A stretch of DNA of 64,000 bases from Pseudomonadota bacterium (GTDB taxonomy: Bacteria; Desulfobacterota; Desulfobacteria; Desulfobacterales; RPRI01), in assembly GCA_018830925.1 (NCBI GenBank), contig JAHJRK010000203.1:19261-83260 (forward strand), written 5' to 3'. The notes beneath the pieces are model-generated. The model saw only the letters and a program-made list of their open reading frames with translations, made no database searches and was not told the origin of the DNA. This document shows, piece after piece, positions 30,337 through 39,976 of this stretch; the first letter of the stretch is position 1, and every line of letters starts with the position of its first letter. The position numbers and the translations under genes are program-made.

Positions 30337-30470
30337 TAGGCTATAGGCTTCAGGCTATAGGCTGTTAGCTAAAAGCCTACAGCCTAAAAGCCTACGGACT
30401 AATAGCCTACAGCCTAAAAACCTACAGCCTAAAGCGCTACAGACTAAAAGCCTGCAGACTATTCACCTTA
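30337..30470. repeat. Inverted heptamer array
   Basis: (TAGGCTR)n followed by many AGCCTAC/AGCCTAA units. Confidence 0.92.
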
Positions 30471-30485
30471 AAGGAGATGTGAGGC

Positions 30486-31166
30486 ATGTACACAAACACA
30501 ATAGGAACTGATTACCAGCAGTCATCCGTCATCGGTTCGGATTCATCCGTAAAAGCAAAAAAAGATCTCGGCAAGGATGATTTTCTGAAGCTGCTGGTTA
30601 CTCAACTTAAGTATCAGGACCCGATGAACCCGATGGCAAGCCAGGAATTTTCCGCTCAACTGGCACAATTCAGCAGTCTTGAACAGCTATTCGGCATGAA
30701 CAAAACGCTTATGGACATACAGAAAAGTCTGTCGGCAAATGAAAATGAAAATATTCTCGACTATATCGGCAAGATGGTTAAAACCAGCGGCAGCGGGGTG
30801 TCAGTAACGGGTGGAATTATTGATCCGAGCGTATATTCCTTAAATTCTTCTGCCGATGTAAACATCTCCATTTATGATGCTCTGGGCTCAAAGATTCGAA
30901 GCATCAAGGTCGGGTTGAAGGCGCCGGGTGAATATTCCATAGGCTGGGATGGTCGGGATAACCGGGGAAGCATGGTGGGTGACGGCGTATATACGATTAA
31001 AATCAATGCGACAGATCAAACCGGAGCGTCCGTTTCAGCGGATGTTTACCGCACAGGAGAAGTTACCGGGGTTACCAATCAAAGCGGCATTCCTTACCTG
31101 ATGGTCGGGAAAAGGCTGGTGTTACCTGATGAGGTTATCGAGATTACAAAAATGACGGCTTCGTAA
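30486..31166 (+). CDS. flgD: Flagellar hook cap FlgD
   Basis: 'LGKDDFLKLLVTQLKYQDPMNP...QLAQFSSLEQL' and 'WDG'. Confidence 0.96.
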   Translation: MYTNTIGTDYQQSSVIGSDSSVKAKKDLGKDDFLKLLVTQLKYQDPMNPMASQEFSAQLAQFSSLEQLFGMNKTLMDIQKSLSANENENILDYIGKMVKTSGSGVSVTGGIIDPSVYSLNSSADVNISIYDALGSKIRSIKVGLKAPGEYSIGWDGRDNRGSMVGDGVYTIKINATDQTGASVSADVYRTGEVTGVTNQSGIPYLMVGKRLVLPDEVIEITKMTAS

Positions 31167-31357
31167 AAAGTCATTCTGCTGTGTTGCGCTTCATCCCCGC
31201 CCTGTTGAATTCTCGCTGCGCGAGACGGCAGGGCCGATTCAACAGGGTGAGTCATTGCAGCGTACCAAAAAGTACGCTTCATTCCTCAAGAATCGCGCGC
31301 CTTGCATAATGAGCTTTTTACATTGCCGTCTGAATTCAGACTTTTTATGAGATAATC
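31154..31357. mobile_element. ~204-bp MITE, copy 2 (supplies the flgD C-terminus and stop)
   Basis: Near-identical to copy 1, flanked by a duplicated AAAAAT. Confidence 0.88.
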
Positions 31358-31391
31358 AAAAATAAACAGTTAACAAAAAGGAGAACAGAAT

Positions 31392-33053
31392 ATGTCACTA
31401 ACAAGCGGACTTTTTTCCGGGATCAGCGGCCTGAGCGCCCTGGGAAATTCAATGACAGTCATCGGCGATAATATCGCCAACGTGAACACGGTCGGATTTA
31501 AAGAAAGCCGGGTCACCTTTCAGGACGTTCTGAGCCAGACTGTTGCGACAACTGGCGGTTCGGCGCAGGTGGGGCGCGGTACCTCCCTGGCTGAAATTTC
31601 AAGCAGTTTCGCCCAGGGATCTTTTGAATCCACCAATTCAAGTACGGATCTCGCCATCGGCGGCTCCGGCTTTTTTATTGTGCGGGACCCCGGCAGCGTT
31701 AATAATGAGTTTTATTCCCGGGCCGGCGAATTCCGGTTCGATAAAGACGGTAATTTCGTAAACCCTTCAGGCTACATTGTCCGGGGCTGGAAACTGGATG
31801 AGACAACCGGTCAGGATCAGGGAACAATAACCGATATCACCATGTCTTCGTTCACTTCATCTCCATCAGAAACCAGTTTGATGACAATGATCATGAATCT
31901 TGATTCCGGCGCAATCGACAGCTCGACCAGCGGGACGACCACAGTCATAACCGGAGCGGCGGCTAGCCCCACGGTTCCTCTTATCCGGATTACTGCAGCA
32001 GCACATGGTTATGCCGACGGCGATACAGTCAATATATCAGGGGTTCTTGGAACAACAGAAGCAAACGGAACCTGGGTTGTAACAGGCGCAACTGCGACTA
32101 CTTTCGATTTAGTGGGAAGTACATTTGCAACCACATATGTATCAGGCGGAGTTGCAAACTTACCCAATACAGCCCTTTCTTCGGCATGGGACGGGGCCGA
32201 TGTTAACAACCTTTTCCTTGCCGATGCCGCCTCTGTTTACCAGACAACCCTTAAGGTATACGACTCTCTTGGGAGTACCCATGATGTCACGGTCTTTTTT
32301 GACAAAGGCGTGACCACCGCTACGAATCCTGTGTGGGAATATATCGTCACGGTCAATCCATCTGAAGATGCAAGAACGGTAACCCAGGCCGACCAAAAGG
32401 GATTGCTTGCTCGTGGTACCATTGAGTTCAACGCTGCCTCCGGAGATATGACCAATATTACCTGCTCATTGAATGATGGAGATGGTACCTGGACGGTTCT
32501 GGCCAATACCGATGCCACAGCCAACGGCGGATATTTTGGCGTTCCGGCCGAATTCATTGCAGGGAGCCCTGCGACCATCGGTCTTAATTTCGGAACCCGT
32601 TTCAACGGTACCACCTGGGCAAACAACGCGTTATCAACATCACAGTATGCGTCGGCTTCAACGACCGTATTCCAGTCGGCCGACGGCTACGGGGCCGGCG
32701 ATCTTCAGTCGGTCAGCGTTGCTACGGATGGTGTTATTACCGGTCAATACTCGAACGGGCAGGTGCTTCCGCTTTACAGGGTGGCATTGGCAAAATTTCA
32801 GAACGAACAGGGGTTGTATAAGGTCGGAGGAAATCTTTTCAGAGAAACGCGGCTGAGCGGCGACCCGATTACAGGAAAACCCGGGAGTAACGGCCTTGGA
32901 AGTCTCTCTCCCAACTCCCTGGAACAATCGAATGTGGATCTTGCTACGGAATTCGTGAAAATGATTACCACCCAGCGCGGTTATCAGGCAAATTCCAAAA
33001 TCATTACCACGATCGACCAGATGCTGGCGGAAGTTATTCAATTGAAGCGTTAG
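31392..33053 (+). CDS. flgE: Flagellar hook protein FlgE with an inserted domain
   Basis: 'IGDNIANVNTVGFK', 'YDSLGSTH' and 'LEQSNVDLATEF...QRGYQANSK'. Confidence 0.97.
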   Translation: MSLTSGLFSGISGLSALGNSMTVIGDNIANVNTVGFKESRVTFQDVLSQTVATTGGSAQVGRGTSLAEISSSFAQGSFESTNSSTDLAIGGSGFFIVRDPGSVNNEFYSRAGEFRFDKDGNFVNPSGYIVRGWKLDETTGQDQGTITDITMSSFTSSPSETSLMTMIMNLDSGAIDSSTSGTTTVITGAAASPTVPLIRITAAAHGYADGDTVNISGVLGTTEANGTWVVTGATATTFDLVGSTFATTYVSGGVANLPNTALSSAWDGADVNNLFLADAASVYQTTLKVYDSLGSTHDVTVFFDKGVTTATNPVWEYIVTVNPSEDARTVTQADQKGLLARGTIEFNAASGDMTNITCSLNDGDGTWTVLANTDATANGGYFGVPAEFIAGSPATIGLNFGTRFNGTTWANNALSTSQYASASTTVFQSADGYGAGDLQSVSVATDGVITGQYSNGQVLPLYRVALAKFQNEQGLYKVGGNLFRETRLSGDPITGKPGSNGLGSLSPNSLEQSNVDLATEFVKMITTQRGYQANSKIITTIDQMLAEVIQLKR

Positions 33054-33195
33054 TAATTGCTCAGGTGGATAGTCTGTAGTTAGATAGGCTGTAGGCTGTA
33101 GGGAAATAGGCTGAAGGTGAAAGCTAAAAGTCTAACAGCCTACAGCCTACAGCCTAATAGCCTAAAGCCTAAAGCCTAATAGTCTATCCGCCTTC
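33053..33195. repeat. Heptamer fold-back element overlapping the flgE stop
   Basis: TAG overlaps GTAATTGCTCAGGT, followed by (TAGGCTG)n...(CAGCCTA)n. Confidence 0.9.
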
Positions 33196-33199
33196 AGGG

Positions 33200-33230
33200 G
33201 ACGGATGTCAAAATCCTGACATCCGTCTTT
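33200..33230 (+). terminator. Perfect 11-bp hairpin; candidate terminator that also contains a GTCA-N6-TGAC box
   Basis: GACGGATGTCA-AAATCC-TGACATCCGTC followed by TTT. Confidence 0.5.
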
Positions 33231-33345
33231 AATCTTTGACGAAACGCTCCTTTCAAAAATCTCTCCAAACAGTTCATCGTATCTAACATTTTGTAATCTA
33301 AGCAATATAATAATCATTCAAGTATAATGGCATCATCTTTTTAGA

Positions 33346-33362
33346 TTGGCACAAAGGTTGCT
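33346..33362 (+). promoter_or_regulatory. Sigma54 promoter of the motA...fliA operon
   Basis: TTGGCACAAAGGTTGCT. Confidence 0.8.
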
Positions 33363-33374
33363 GTTATTAAAACT

Positions 33375-33540
33375 GTAACTACTCAGGTGGATAGGCTGTA
33401 GGTGGATAGACTGTAGGTTTTTAGCTAACAGACTAACAGTCTACAGCCTACAGCCTAACCCCGATAAACGGGATAAGTACCTTTACGAAATAATTTTCTG
33501 CCAAAAACGAGCAGAAAACTATTTCTCAGGTACTAACAAC
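33375..33540. mobile_element. Heptamer fold-back element in the motA leader with a nested 78-nt insert (33459-33536)
   Basis: GTAACTACTCAGGT left end. The insert lies between CTAA repeats and is homologous to 12852-12956. Confidence 0.8.
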
Positions 33541-33554
33541 TGTCAGGAGATAGT

Positions 33555-34304
33555 ATGGATATAGCTACCGTCGCGGGTATAATTTCGGCATTCGGACTTG
33601 TGTTGGTTGCAATTTTCATGGGCGGCGGACTTGCAATGTTCGTAGATGTGCCGTCGATGATGATTGTCGGGGGAGGCACACTCGGCGCTACAATGGTTAA
33701 CTACCCCTTGAAGGATATTTTAGGGGTTTTCAAGGTTGTAAAAAACGCTTTTTTCACAAGCAATATACCCAGTAAAGAACTCATTAAGATGTTTGTTAAT
33801 TTTGCAAAAAAATCGAGGAAGGAGGGTATCCTCGTTTTGGACAGCGAGGTCAAGAACATAAAAGAGGATTTTTTAAAAAAAGCGCTGGGACTCGCCATCG
33901 ACGGTATTGAACCGAAGGAGATCAGCAACATCCTCGAAACGGAGATTGATTTTATAAAAAGCCGGCACAGCCTCGGAGCGGAAATATTTACGACAATGGG
34001 GTCGTTCGGACCCGCAATGGGGATGATAGGGACTCTCATAGGGCTGGTGCAGATGCTGCAATCAATGGATGATCCCAGTAAAATAGGTCCGTCAATGGCT
34101 GTTGCCCTGATCACCACTTTTTATGGTACGCTTCTGGCCAATATTATATGTCTTCCCATCGCGGGAAAACTCAGGACACGCAGCAAAGAAGAAATGTTAT
34201 CGAAAGAGATGATTATTCAAGGCATCATATCTCTTTCAAATGGGGAGAATCACCGGATTTTAGAGCAGAAACTGAAGGCATTCGTGCCGATAAATCAGCA
34301 ATAG
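33555..34304 (+). CDS. motA: Stator A subunit (MotA/PomA-like)
   Basis: 'GPAMGMIGTLIGLVQML...IGPSMAVALITTFYG'. Confidence 0.95.
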   Translation: MDIATVAGIISAFGLVLVAIFMGGGLAMFVDVPSMMIVGGGTLGATMVNYPLKDILGVFKVVKNAFFTSNIPSKELIKMFVNFAKKSRKEGILVLDSEVKNIKEDFLKKALGLAIDGIEPKEISNILETEIDFIKSRHSLGAEIFTTMGSFGPAMGMIGTLIGLVQMLQSMDDPSKIGPSMAVALITTFYGTLLANIICLPIAGKLRTRSKEEMLSKEMIIQGIISLSNGENHRILEQKLKAFVPINQQ

Positions 34305-34332
34305 AATACAGACTGAAGGGAACCAGGCTGAA

Positions 34333-35100
34333 GTGGGTAAAAGAAAAAAAAATAACGAAGAAGGGTCCGGCAAAGATGTGGGAATTGTTACGACAGTCTC
34401 GCTGTTTCTTATACTTCTGTCGTTTTTTATTTTACTCAATTCCCTTGCGGTACAGGATAATAAAAAAGTGCGTATTGCCATCGGGTCTCTCGTCGGGTCT
34501 TTCGGGAGTTTGAGGGGAGGCTTATCCCCGATGAAAACCGGGAGTTCAGAAACGCCTTCTTCGCCTCCGATTTCTGCGCAGGAGACAAACCTTGAAAATC
34601 TGATAACCGGCATGGAGAAGGAAATAGATGAACATGCCGACCTGAAAACCGAAAAAGGCTTGGAAATCCTGACGATAGGCGAGAAAGCCTTGTTTCATCA
34701 AAACAGGCATACGCTCAATCCCGGTTCTATCGCCCTCTTAAAAAAGCTCGGCGACTTTATCAATCAGGGAAAGTATCCGGTTGAGATTGTCGGGCACACG
34801 GATAATCTTGATGCTGAAGAAAAAGGATATCGGTCAAACTGGGAACTTTCAAGCCTGATGGCCGTTCAGGTTCAAAAATATTTTATTGAACAAAGCAAGG
34901 TGCGGCCGGACAGAATAGTGGCCTATGGATACGGGAGCCAGCGGCCCGTTGTTTCAAACGATACGCCTGAATCGATGGAGAAGAACAGGAGGGTCGAAAT
35001 TATATTCAAAAACAAGTCTCCTGTAAATGCCGCAAAAATATACACGGAAGCACCTTCCGGAGACTTTACCTATAAGAGATTTAACTTTAAGGTTTATTGA
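34333..35100 (+). CDS. MotB-family protein lacking the conserved TM Asp
   Basis: Single TM 'IVTTVSLFLILLSFFILLNS' and OmpA-like domain 'GHTD', 'SNWELS', 'KNRRVEI'. Confidence 0.88.
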   Translation: MGKRKKNNEEGSGKDVGIVTTVSLFLILLSFFILLNSLAVQDNKKVRIAIGSLVGSFGSLRGGLSPMKTGSSETPSSPPISAQETNLENLITGMEKEIDEHADLKTEKGLEILTIGEKALFHQNRHTLNPGSIALLKKLGDFINQGKYPVEIVGHTDNLDAEEKGYRSNWELSSLMAVQVQKYFIEQSKVRPDRIVAYGYGSQRPVVSNDTPESMEKNRRVEIIFKNKSPVNAAKIYTEAPSGDFTYKRFNFKVY

Positions 35101-35101
35101 A

Positions 35102-35854
35102 ATGGGAAAAAACAGAAAGCGCGCAGATGAAAGCCCGGCCATAAACTCGAATGCGTGGATGGTGACATTTTCAGATCTTGTCTGCCTGATGCTCACTTTT
35201 TTTGTTATGCTTCTCACAATGTCTTCCTTGGACAAGAAAGCTATTGAAGACACGTTCAGTTATCTTCAAACAACACCCGGAGTGGTTGAATATTCCGGTT
35301 ACGGAAAAAACAAAGCTTTTTCAGATTTTATCAAAACATTTTCCGACAACCGGGACAAGTTGGTGTTAAGCAAGAATCAGATTGACGGTCTGTTTGAATC
35401 ATTCGGCGGCTCCGCCGATTCCATCAAAAATATAAAAACCATCAAAAATATAAGCAAGTTAATTAATCTGAAAGAAGATGACCGCGGTCTTGTATTATCT
35501 TTTCAGGAAAACATCTTATTTGAGTCGGGGCAAACAGCGATCAGAAAAGAGAATAGCGCGATCCTCGATTTAATCGCCACTGCCATTGCCTTCAGCTCCA
35601 ATGATATTTTAATCATGGGCCACACCGATGATGTTCCTTTGAATCGCGGCGGGTATGAGTCCAACTGGGAACTTTCAGTAGAAAGAGGACTTTCAGCGCT
35701 GAATTACTTTATAAATAATAGACAGTTGCCCCCGTCCCGTTTTTATGTCGGGGGGTATGGTTCATATAGACCCATGGTCCAGAACAGTAGTCCGGAAAAC
35801 AGGTTGTTAAACAGGAGAGTTGAAATAATCTTCAGAACTAAAGAGGAGTTATAA
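35102..35854 (+). CDS. motB: Stator B subunit MotB/PomB
   Basis: 'WMVTFSDLVCLMLTFFVML', 'GHTDD', 'SNWELS' and 'NRRVEI'. Confidence 0.94.
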   Translation: MGKNRKRADESPAINSNAWMVTFSDLVCLMLTFFVMLLTMSSLDKKAIEDTFSYLQTTPGVVEYSGYGKNKAFSDFIKTFSDNRDKLVLSKNQIDGLFESFGGSADSIKNIKTIKNISKLINLKEDDRGLVLSFQENILFESGQTAIRKENSAILDLIATAIAFSSNDILIMGHTDDVPLNRGGYESNWELSVERGLSALNYFINNRQLPPSRFYVGGYGSYRPMVQNSSPENRLLNRRVEIIFRTKEEL

Positions 35855-36379
35855 ATGGCGGAAGAAACAAAAAAAGATAAAGAGGCTGAAAAGCAGGATT
35901 CCCCGCCCAAAAAAAAGCCTATCATCCTGTGGGTGATTTTGGGTTGTGCCGTCGTGGTTATCGGAATAGGCGGTTATTTCGGGTGGACGCTTTTTATGAA
36001 GAAGGGAGCAAATGAGAGCAGTGATAAAACGAAAACACCCGAAGCTGCTGCAATGAATAAGCCGGCAGAAGCTCGAATCGTTGTCCCTCTTGAATCGTTC
36101 ATCGTGAACCTGATGGATAACACAGGGTCGGGCAAGAGATATCTCAAGGTTACCATTGAACTTGAAGTCTTCAGCGAGGCCGATAAAATGAAGCTGGAGA
36201 GTTCCAAAGCCCAAATGAAAGATACTATTCTAATGCTTCTCTCCAGCCGGTCTTTTGAGGAGATCAATACGGTGGAGGGAAAAATCGGATTGAAACAAGT
36301 CCTTCTGACCCAGATCAATCAAATGCTGGGCGGAAATATTGTTAACAGGATATATTTTACCGAATTTGTTGTGCAATAA
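35855..36379 (+). CDS. fliL: Flagellar basal body-associated protein FliL
   Basis: Single TM, 'FIVNL...RYLKV' and 'IYFTEFVVQ'. Confidence 0.95.
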   Translation: MAEETKKDKEAEKQDSPPKKKPIILWVILGCAVVVIGIGGYFGWTLFMKKGANESSDKTKTPEAAAMNKPAEARIVVPLESFIVNLMDNTGSGKRYLKVTIELEVFSEADKMKLESSKAQMKDTILMLLSSRSFEEINTVEGKIGLKQVLLTQINQMLGGNIVNRIYFTEFVVQ

Positions 36380-36468
36380 TTCAGGTAAACAGGCTGTAGG
36401 CTATAGGCTGTAGGTGAAAGCTAAAAGCCTGACAGTCTATAGCCTACAGCCTTAATTCAGGTAGTTAA
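36377..36468. repeat. Inverted heptamer array at the fliL/fliM junction
   Basis: TAATTCAGGT...aggctgtaggctataggctgtagg / agcctgacagtctatagcctacagcct. Confidence 0.88.
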
Positions 36469-36479
36469 TAGGAATTATT

Positions 36480-37457
36480 ATGGCGAATGTCTTATCACAG
36501 GAAGAGGTTGATTCCCTGCTCGGCGGGATAGGTGAGGGGAAGGTCGAAACAGAGACCGGCGTCCCTGAAACCGATGGTGTTGTTCAGACTTATGATTTCA
36601 GTCAAAAAAGCGTTCCGGTTCACCTCCGGTTGCCGGCCCTGGGAATGATTAATGAGCGTTTTATAAATCAGGTGAACGAAAGCCTTTCCGCTTCCATCGG
36701 TTCGGTGGTTGACGTCAGTGTTGCCGAAATCGATTCGATAAAGTTCGGCGACTTCTGCCGGTCGCTTCCCTTGCCGACAAGTATGAATATTTTCAAAATG
36801 GAGCCGCTGAGGGGTTTTGCCATCCTCGTTTTCGAAGGGTGGCTGGTTTTTGCTTTTGTGGACGCTATCTTCGGAGGAAAGTGCGTAAGCCATGTAAAAC
36901 TGGAAGGTAAAAGCTTTACCGCTATTGAGGGAAAGGTAACCAGCAGAGTCGTTGAAACAGTATTAGTGGCTTTGCAAAAGGCGTGGGCGGATGTTCAGGA
37001 ACTGAAAATGGTTTGTACCCGGACGGAAATAAATCCGCAATTTGCCGGGATTGCCAAACCGAACGATATTATTATCGCGACCAGGTTCAATGTAAATGTA
37101 GGAAATTTCACGGGGGGAATGACAGTATGTCTGCCCTACATCATGATTGAACCTATCAGAAAAAAGCTTCGCGATAAGTTTCAGGGCGAAAAAGTTGAGA
37201 CGGATCGAACCTGGCAGAAACATATAGAAAGCAGGATACAAGAACTGGATATCAACCTTACATGTACGCTGGGCACGATAAAAATTACCGGTCGGGAACT
37301 GCTCGGGATGAAAGCCGATGATGTATTACTGATGGATCAGAAAGGAGATGATCCGGTTATTGTCAGTGTCGGGAACATGACGAAATTTAAAGGATATCAG
37401 GGGTCCATTAACAATAAAAAAGCTGTAAAAATATCAGAAATAATTAATACGGAGTAA
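36480..37457 (+). CDS. fliM: Flagellar motor switch protein FliM
   Basis: 'VLSQEEVDSLL', 'YDF', 'FGG' and 'EINPQF'. Confidence 0.96.
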   Translation: MANVLSQEEVDSLLGGIGEGKVETETGVPETDGVVQTYDFSQKSVPVHLRLPALGMINERFINQVNESLSASIGSVVDVSVAEIDSIKFGDFCRSLPLPTSMNIFKMEPLRGFAILVFEGWLVFAFVDAIFGGKCVSHVKLEGKSFTAIEGKVTSRVVETVLVALQKAWADVQELKMVCTRTEINPQFAGIAKPNDIIIATRFNVNVGNFTGGMTVCLPYIMIEPIRKKLRDKFQGEKVETDRTWQKHIESRIQELDINLTCTLGTIKITGRELLGMKADDVLLMDQKGDDPVIVSVGNMTKFKGYQGSINNKKAVKISEIINTE

Positions 37458-37460
37458 AAA

Positions 37461-37796
37461 ATGAACGAAGCCGAAAACAAGAAAAGCAAGAATCAATTGG
37501 CCGGACAAGGAGCAGAAGAACAGGATCTTAACCGTAAATACGACATCGACCTTATTCTCGATATTCCACTTGATGTGCGTGTGGAACTGGGCCAGGTCAA
37601 GATGCTTGTTAACGATCTGCTCCAGTTGGGACAGGGCTCTATTGTCGAGTTGAATAAACACATCAGCGACCAGGTCGATGTGTTCATATGCGACAAACTG
37701 ATTGCAAGGGGCGAAGTGGTAGTGGTGGATGAAAAACTCGGCATACGGCTGACGGATATAATCAGCCCGACCGAACGGGTCAAATCTCTTGTGTAA
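37461..37796 (+). CDS. fliN: Flagellar motor switch protein FliN
   Basis: 'ILDIPLDVRVELG...ARGEVVVVDEKLGIRLTDI'. Confidence 0.96.
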   Translation: MNEAENKKSKNQLAGQGAEEQDLNRKYDIDLILDIPLDVRVELGQVKMLVNDLLQLGQGSIVELNKHISDQVDVFICDKLIARGEVVVVDEKLGIRLTDIISPTERVKSLV

Positions 37797-37807
37797 AGGA
37801 TCATGAC

Positions 37808-38101
37808 ATGAATGGAGCGCTTGAAGTCAACTTGTTAAGTACCGGCTTGAAAACGGCGGGGATGCTCTTAATCGTGCTGGCGCTGTTAATCGGCGTTCTT
37901 TTCATTATGAAAAGATTCTCATTTTTTCAAAGAGAATCAGGGGGGGAACTGCCCATCAGGGTTCTCTCAACAAAGCATCTGTCGCCTAAGGAAAGAATTG
38001 AGGTCATTGAAATATCGGGAGAAAAGATCGTGGTTGGAATTTCGCCGAATAACATTACTTTTCTAACCAAACTAAAAGATAGCGATGAACAGAATGAATA
38101 A
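37808..38101 (+). CDS. fliO: Flagellar biosynthesis protein FliO
   Basis: TM plus 'IRVLSTKHLSPKERIEVIEI...VVGIS', between fliN and fliP. Confidence 0.88.
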   Translation: MNGALEVNLLSTGLKTAGMLLIVLALLIGVLFIMKRFSFFQRESGGELPIRVLSTKHLSPKERIEVIEISGEKIVVGISPNNITFLTKLKDSDEQNE

Positions 38102-38900
38102 ATGCACAGTTACAAGAACGCATTTGCGGTCAAGGGAAAAGAGCGTCAAAATCATCTCATTTTTGCTTGCCGTTTCCATGGCCGTATGCGTTTTCACGGC
38201 AGGCAGCGCAATCGCGGCAGATTTTGCTTTTCCGTCATTGCGCATAGGCGTTGCATCAGGTGAAAATCCGGCGGAAATGTCAGTATTGCTCCAGATACTT
38301 TTAATGTTGACGGTGCTTAGCCTGGCACCGGCAATTCTCATAATGATGACTCCCTTTACAAGGCTGGTTATAGTTTTTTCCTTTTTGAGACAAGCACTCG
38401 GGACCCAGCAAACCCCTTCTAATCAGATTATCGCCGGCCTGTCTATTTTTTTGACATTTTTTATTATGATGCCGCAGTGGGAGGAGATTAATACCAATGC
38501 GCTGCAGCCGTATCTTAGCGAAAAAATTTCACAGGAAACAGCCCTGCAGGAAGCTATGGCTCCGATTCGACGATTTATGTTCAAGCAGACGCGGGAAAAG
38601 GATTTGGCTCTCTTCATGAAGATGTCGAAAAACGAAAAACCGAAATCGCCCGAGGATATACCGACACTGGTTCTCATTCCGGCTTTCGTGATAAGCGAGC
38701 TTAAGACTGCGTTTATCATAGGTTTTGTCCTGTTCGTACCTTTTCTGGTTATCGATATGGTTGTGGCAAGTGTTCTGCTGAGCATGGGGATGATGATGCT
38801 GCCGCCGATTCTGATCTCACTCCCGTTCAAACTGATGCTTTTTGTTCTGGTTGACGGCTGGAATCTTATCGTCGGTTCCATGGTAAGAAGTTTTTTATAG
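38085..38900 (+). CDS. fliP: Flagellar export gate FliP
   Basis: 'LTVLSLAPAILIMMTPFTR' and 'MGMMMLPP...LFVLVDGW'. Confidence 0.97.
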   Translation: MNRMNKCTVTRTHLRSREKSVKIISFLLAVSMAVCVFTAGSAIAADFAFPSLRIGVASGENPAEMSVLLQILLMLTVLSLAPAILIMMTPFTRLVIVFSFLRQALGTQQTPSNQIIAGLSIFLTFFIMMPQWEEINTNALQPYLSEKISQETALQEAMAPIRRFMFKQTREKDLALFMKMSKNEKPKSPEDIPTLVLIPAFVISELKTAFIIGFVLFVPFLVIDMVVASVLLSMGMMMLPPILISLPFKLMLFVLVDGWNLIVGSMVRSFL

Positions 38901-38910
38901 GGGACAAGAT

Positions 38911-39180
38911 ATGACATCTGAATTTGTGATCACGTTCGCGCAGGAGGCGATTAAAACGACCATACTGGTTTCCCTGCCGGTTCTGCTTATCGGGCTGGGT
39001 GTCGGGCTGGTTATCAGTATCTTTCAGGCTGTCACTCAGATTCATGAGATGACCCTGACCTTTGTGCCCAAGATACTGGCTATTCTGCTGGGACTTCTTG
39101 TTTTTGGAAGCTGGATGCTGGAACTTCTCACCAGGTTCACAATAAACACGATTGAACAGATACCGCTTTATATTCGGTAA
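38911..39180 (+). CDS. fliQ: Flagellar export gate FliQ
   Basis: 'SIFQAVTQIHEMTLTFVPK'. Confidence 0.97.
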   Translation: MTSEFVITFAQEAIKTTILVSLPVLLIGLGVGLVISIFQAVTQIHEMTLTFVPKILAILLGLLVFGSWMLELLTRFTINTIEQIPLYIR

Positions 39181-39190
39181 GGAGCCGACA

Positions 39191-39973
39191 ATGGATCTGA
39201 TTCACTTACAATATAATGAAATTAAAATATTTCTTTTCATACTTATCAGGGTGGGTGTTATTTTGTACTTACTCCCTTTCTTCAATTCGAGAGTGATACC
39301 TGTTTTGACCAAAGCCGGACTGGCGCTCATAATATCCATGATTCTCTTTCCCGTCAGCGGCAGTCAAATAGGCAGCTTTCCCGATACCTTATGGGGTATG
39401 TCCGGCCTGGTTATGGTGGAGTTGATTATAGGTGTGATTTTGGGGTTGTTTGTTCAGATGTTTTTCGAAGGCGTCCGCATGATGGGCCAGCTGGCAGGAA
39501 TCGAAACAGGGTTTTCCATTGCAAATGTCTTAGATCCTCAGAGCGGCGCGCAGGCATCGATCTTGTCCAACATGGCATACTTAATCGCCATCATACTTTT
39601 CCTGATCTTAAACGGCCACCATATTCTGTTGAATGCAATCAGAGAGAGTTTTGCAATTATTCAGCCCGGCTCGATAAGTTTGAACAAGCAGGTCTTTAAT
39701 GAGATCATAAAGAGTTCCGGTGGCATGTTCGTTATCGCCGTACAGATCAGCGCACCGGTAATTGCAGCCATTCTATTCGTTCAGGTCGCCTTCGGTTTGA
39801 TTACAAGGCTGATTCCCCAGATGAACATCATGGTTGTCGCGTTTCCCGTGCAGATAATAACCGGTCTCTTCTTTTTCGGGATATCTTTGTGGGTGATGCT
39901 GCAATTTATGGAAATATATGTGGGAGGTTTGGACAGGCAGTTAATGAATATGATGATGTGGATAAAAGGATAA
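39191..39973 (+). CDS. fliR: Flagellar export gate FliR
   Basis: Hydrophobic, with 'GFSIANVLDP', 'NGHH' and 'PQMNI'. ATG 39191 follows AAGGAG. Confidence 0.95.
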   Translation: MDLIHLQYNEIKIFLFILIRVGVILYLLPFFNSRVIPVLTKAGLALIISMILFPVSGSQIGSFPDTLWGMSGLVMVELIIGVILGLFVQMFFEGVRMMGQLAGIETGFSIANVLDPQSGAQASILSNMAYLIAIILFLILNGHHILLNAIRESFAIIQPGSISLNKQVFNEIIKSSGGMFVIAVQISAPVIAAILFVQVAFGLITRLIPQMNIMVVAFPVQIITGLFFFGISLWVMLQFMEIYVGGLDRQLMNMMMWIKG

Positions 39974-39976
39974 GTC

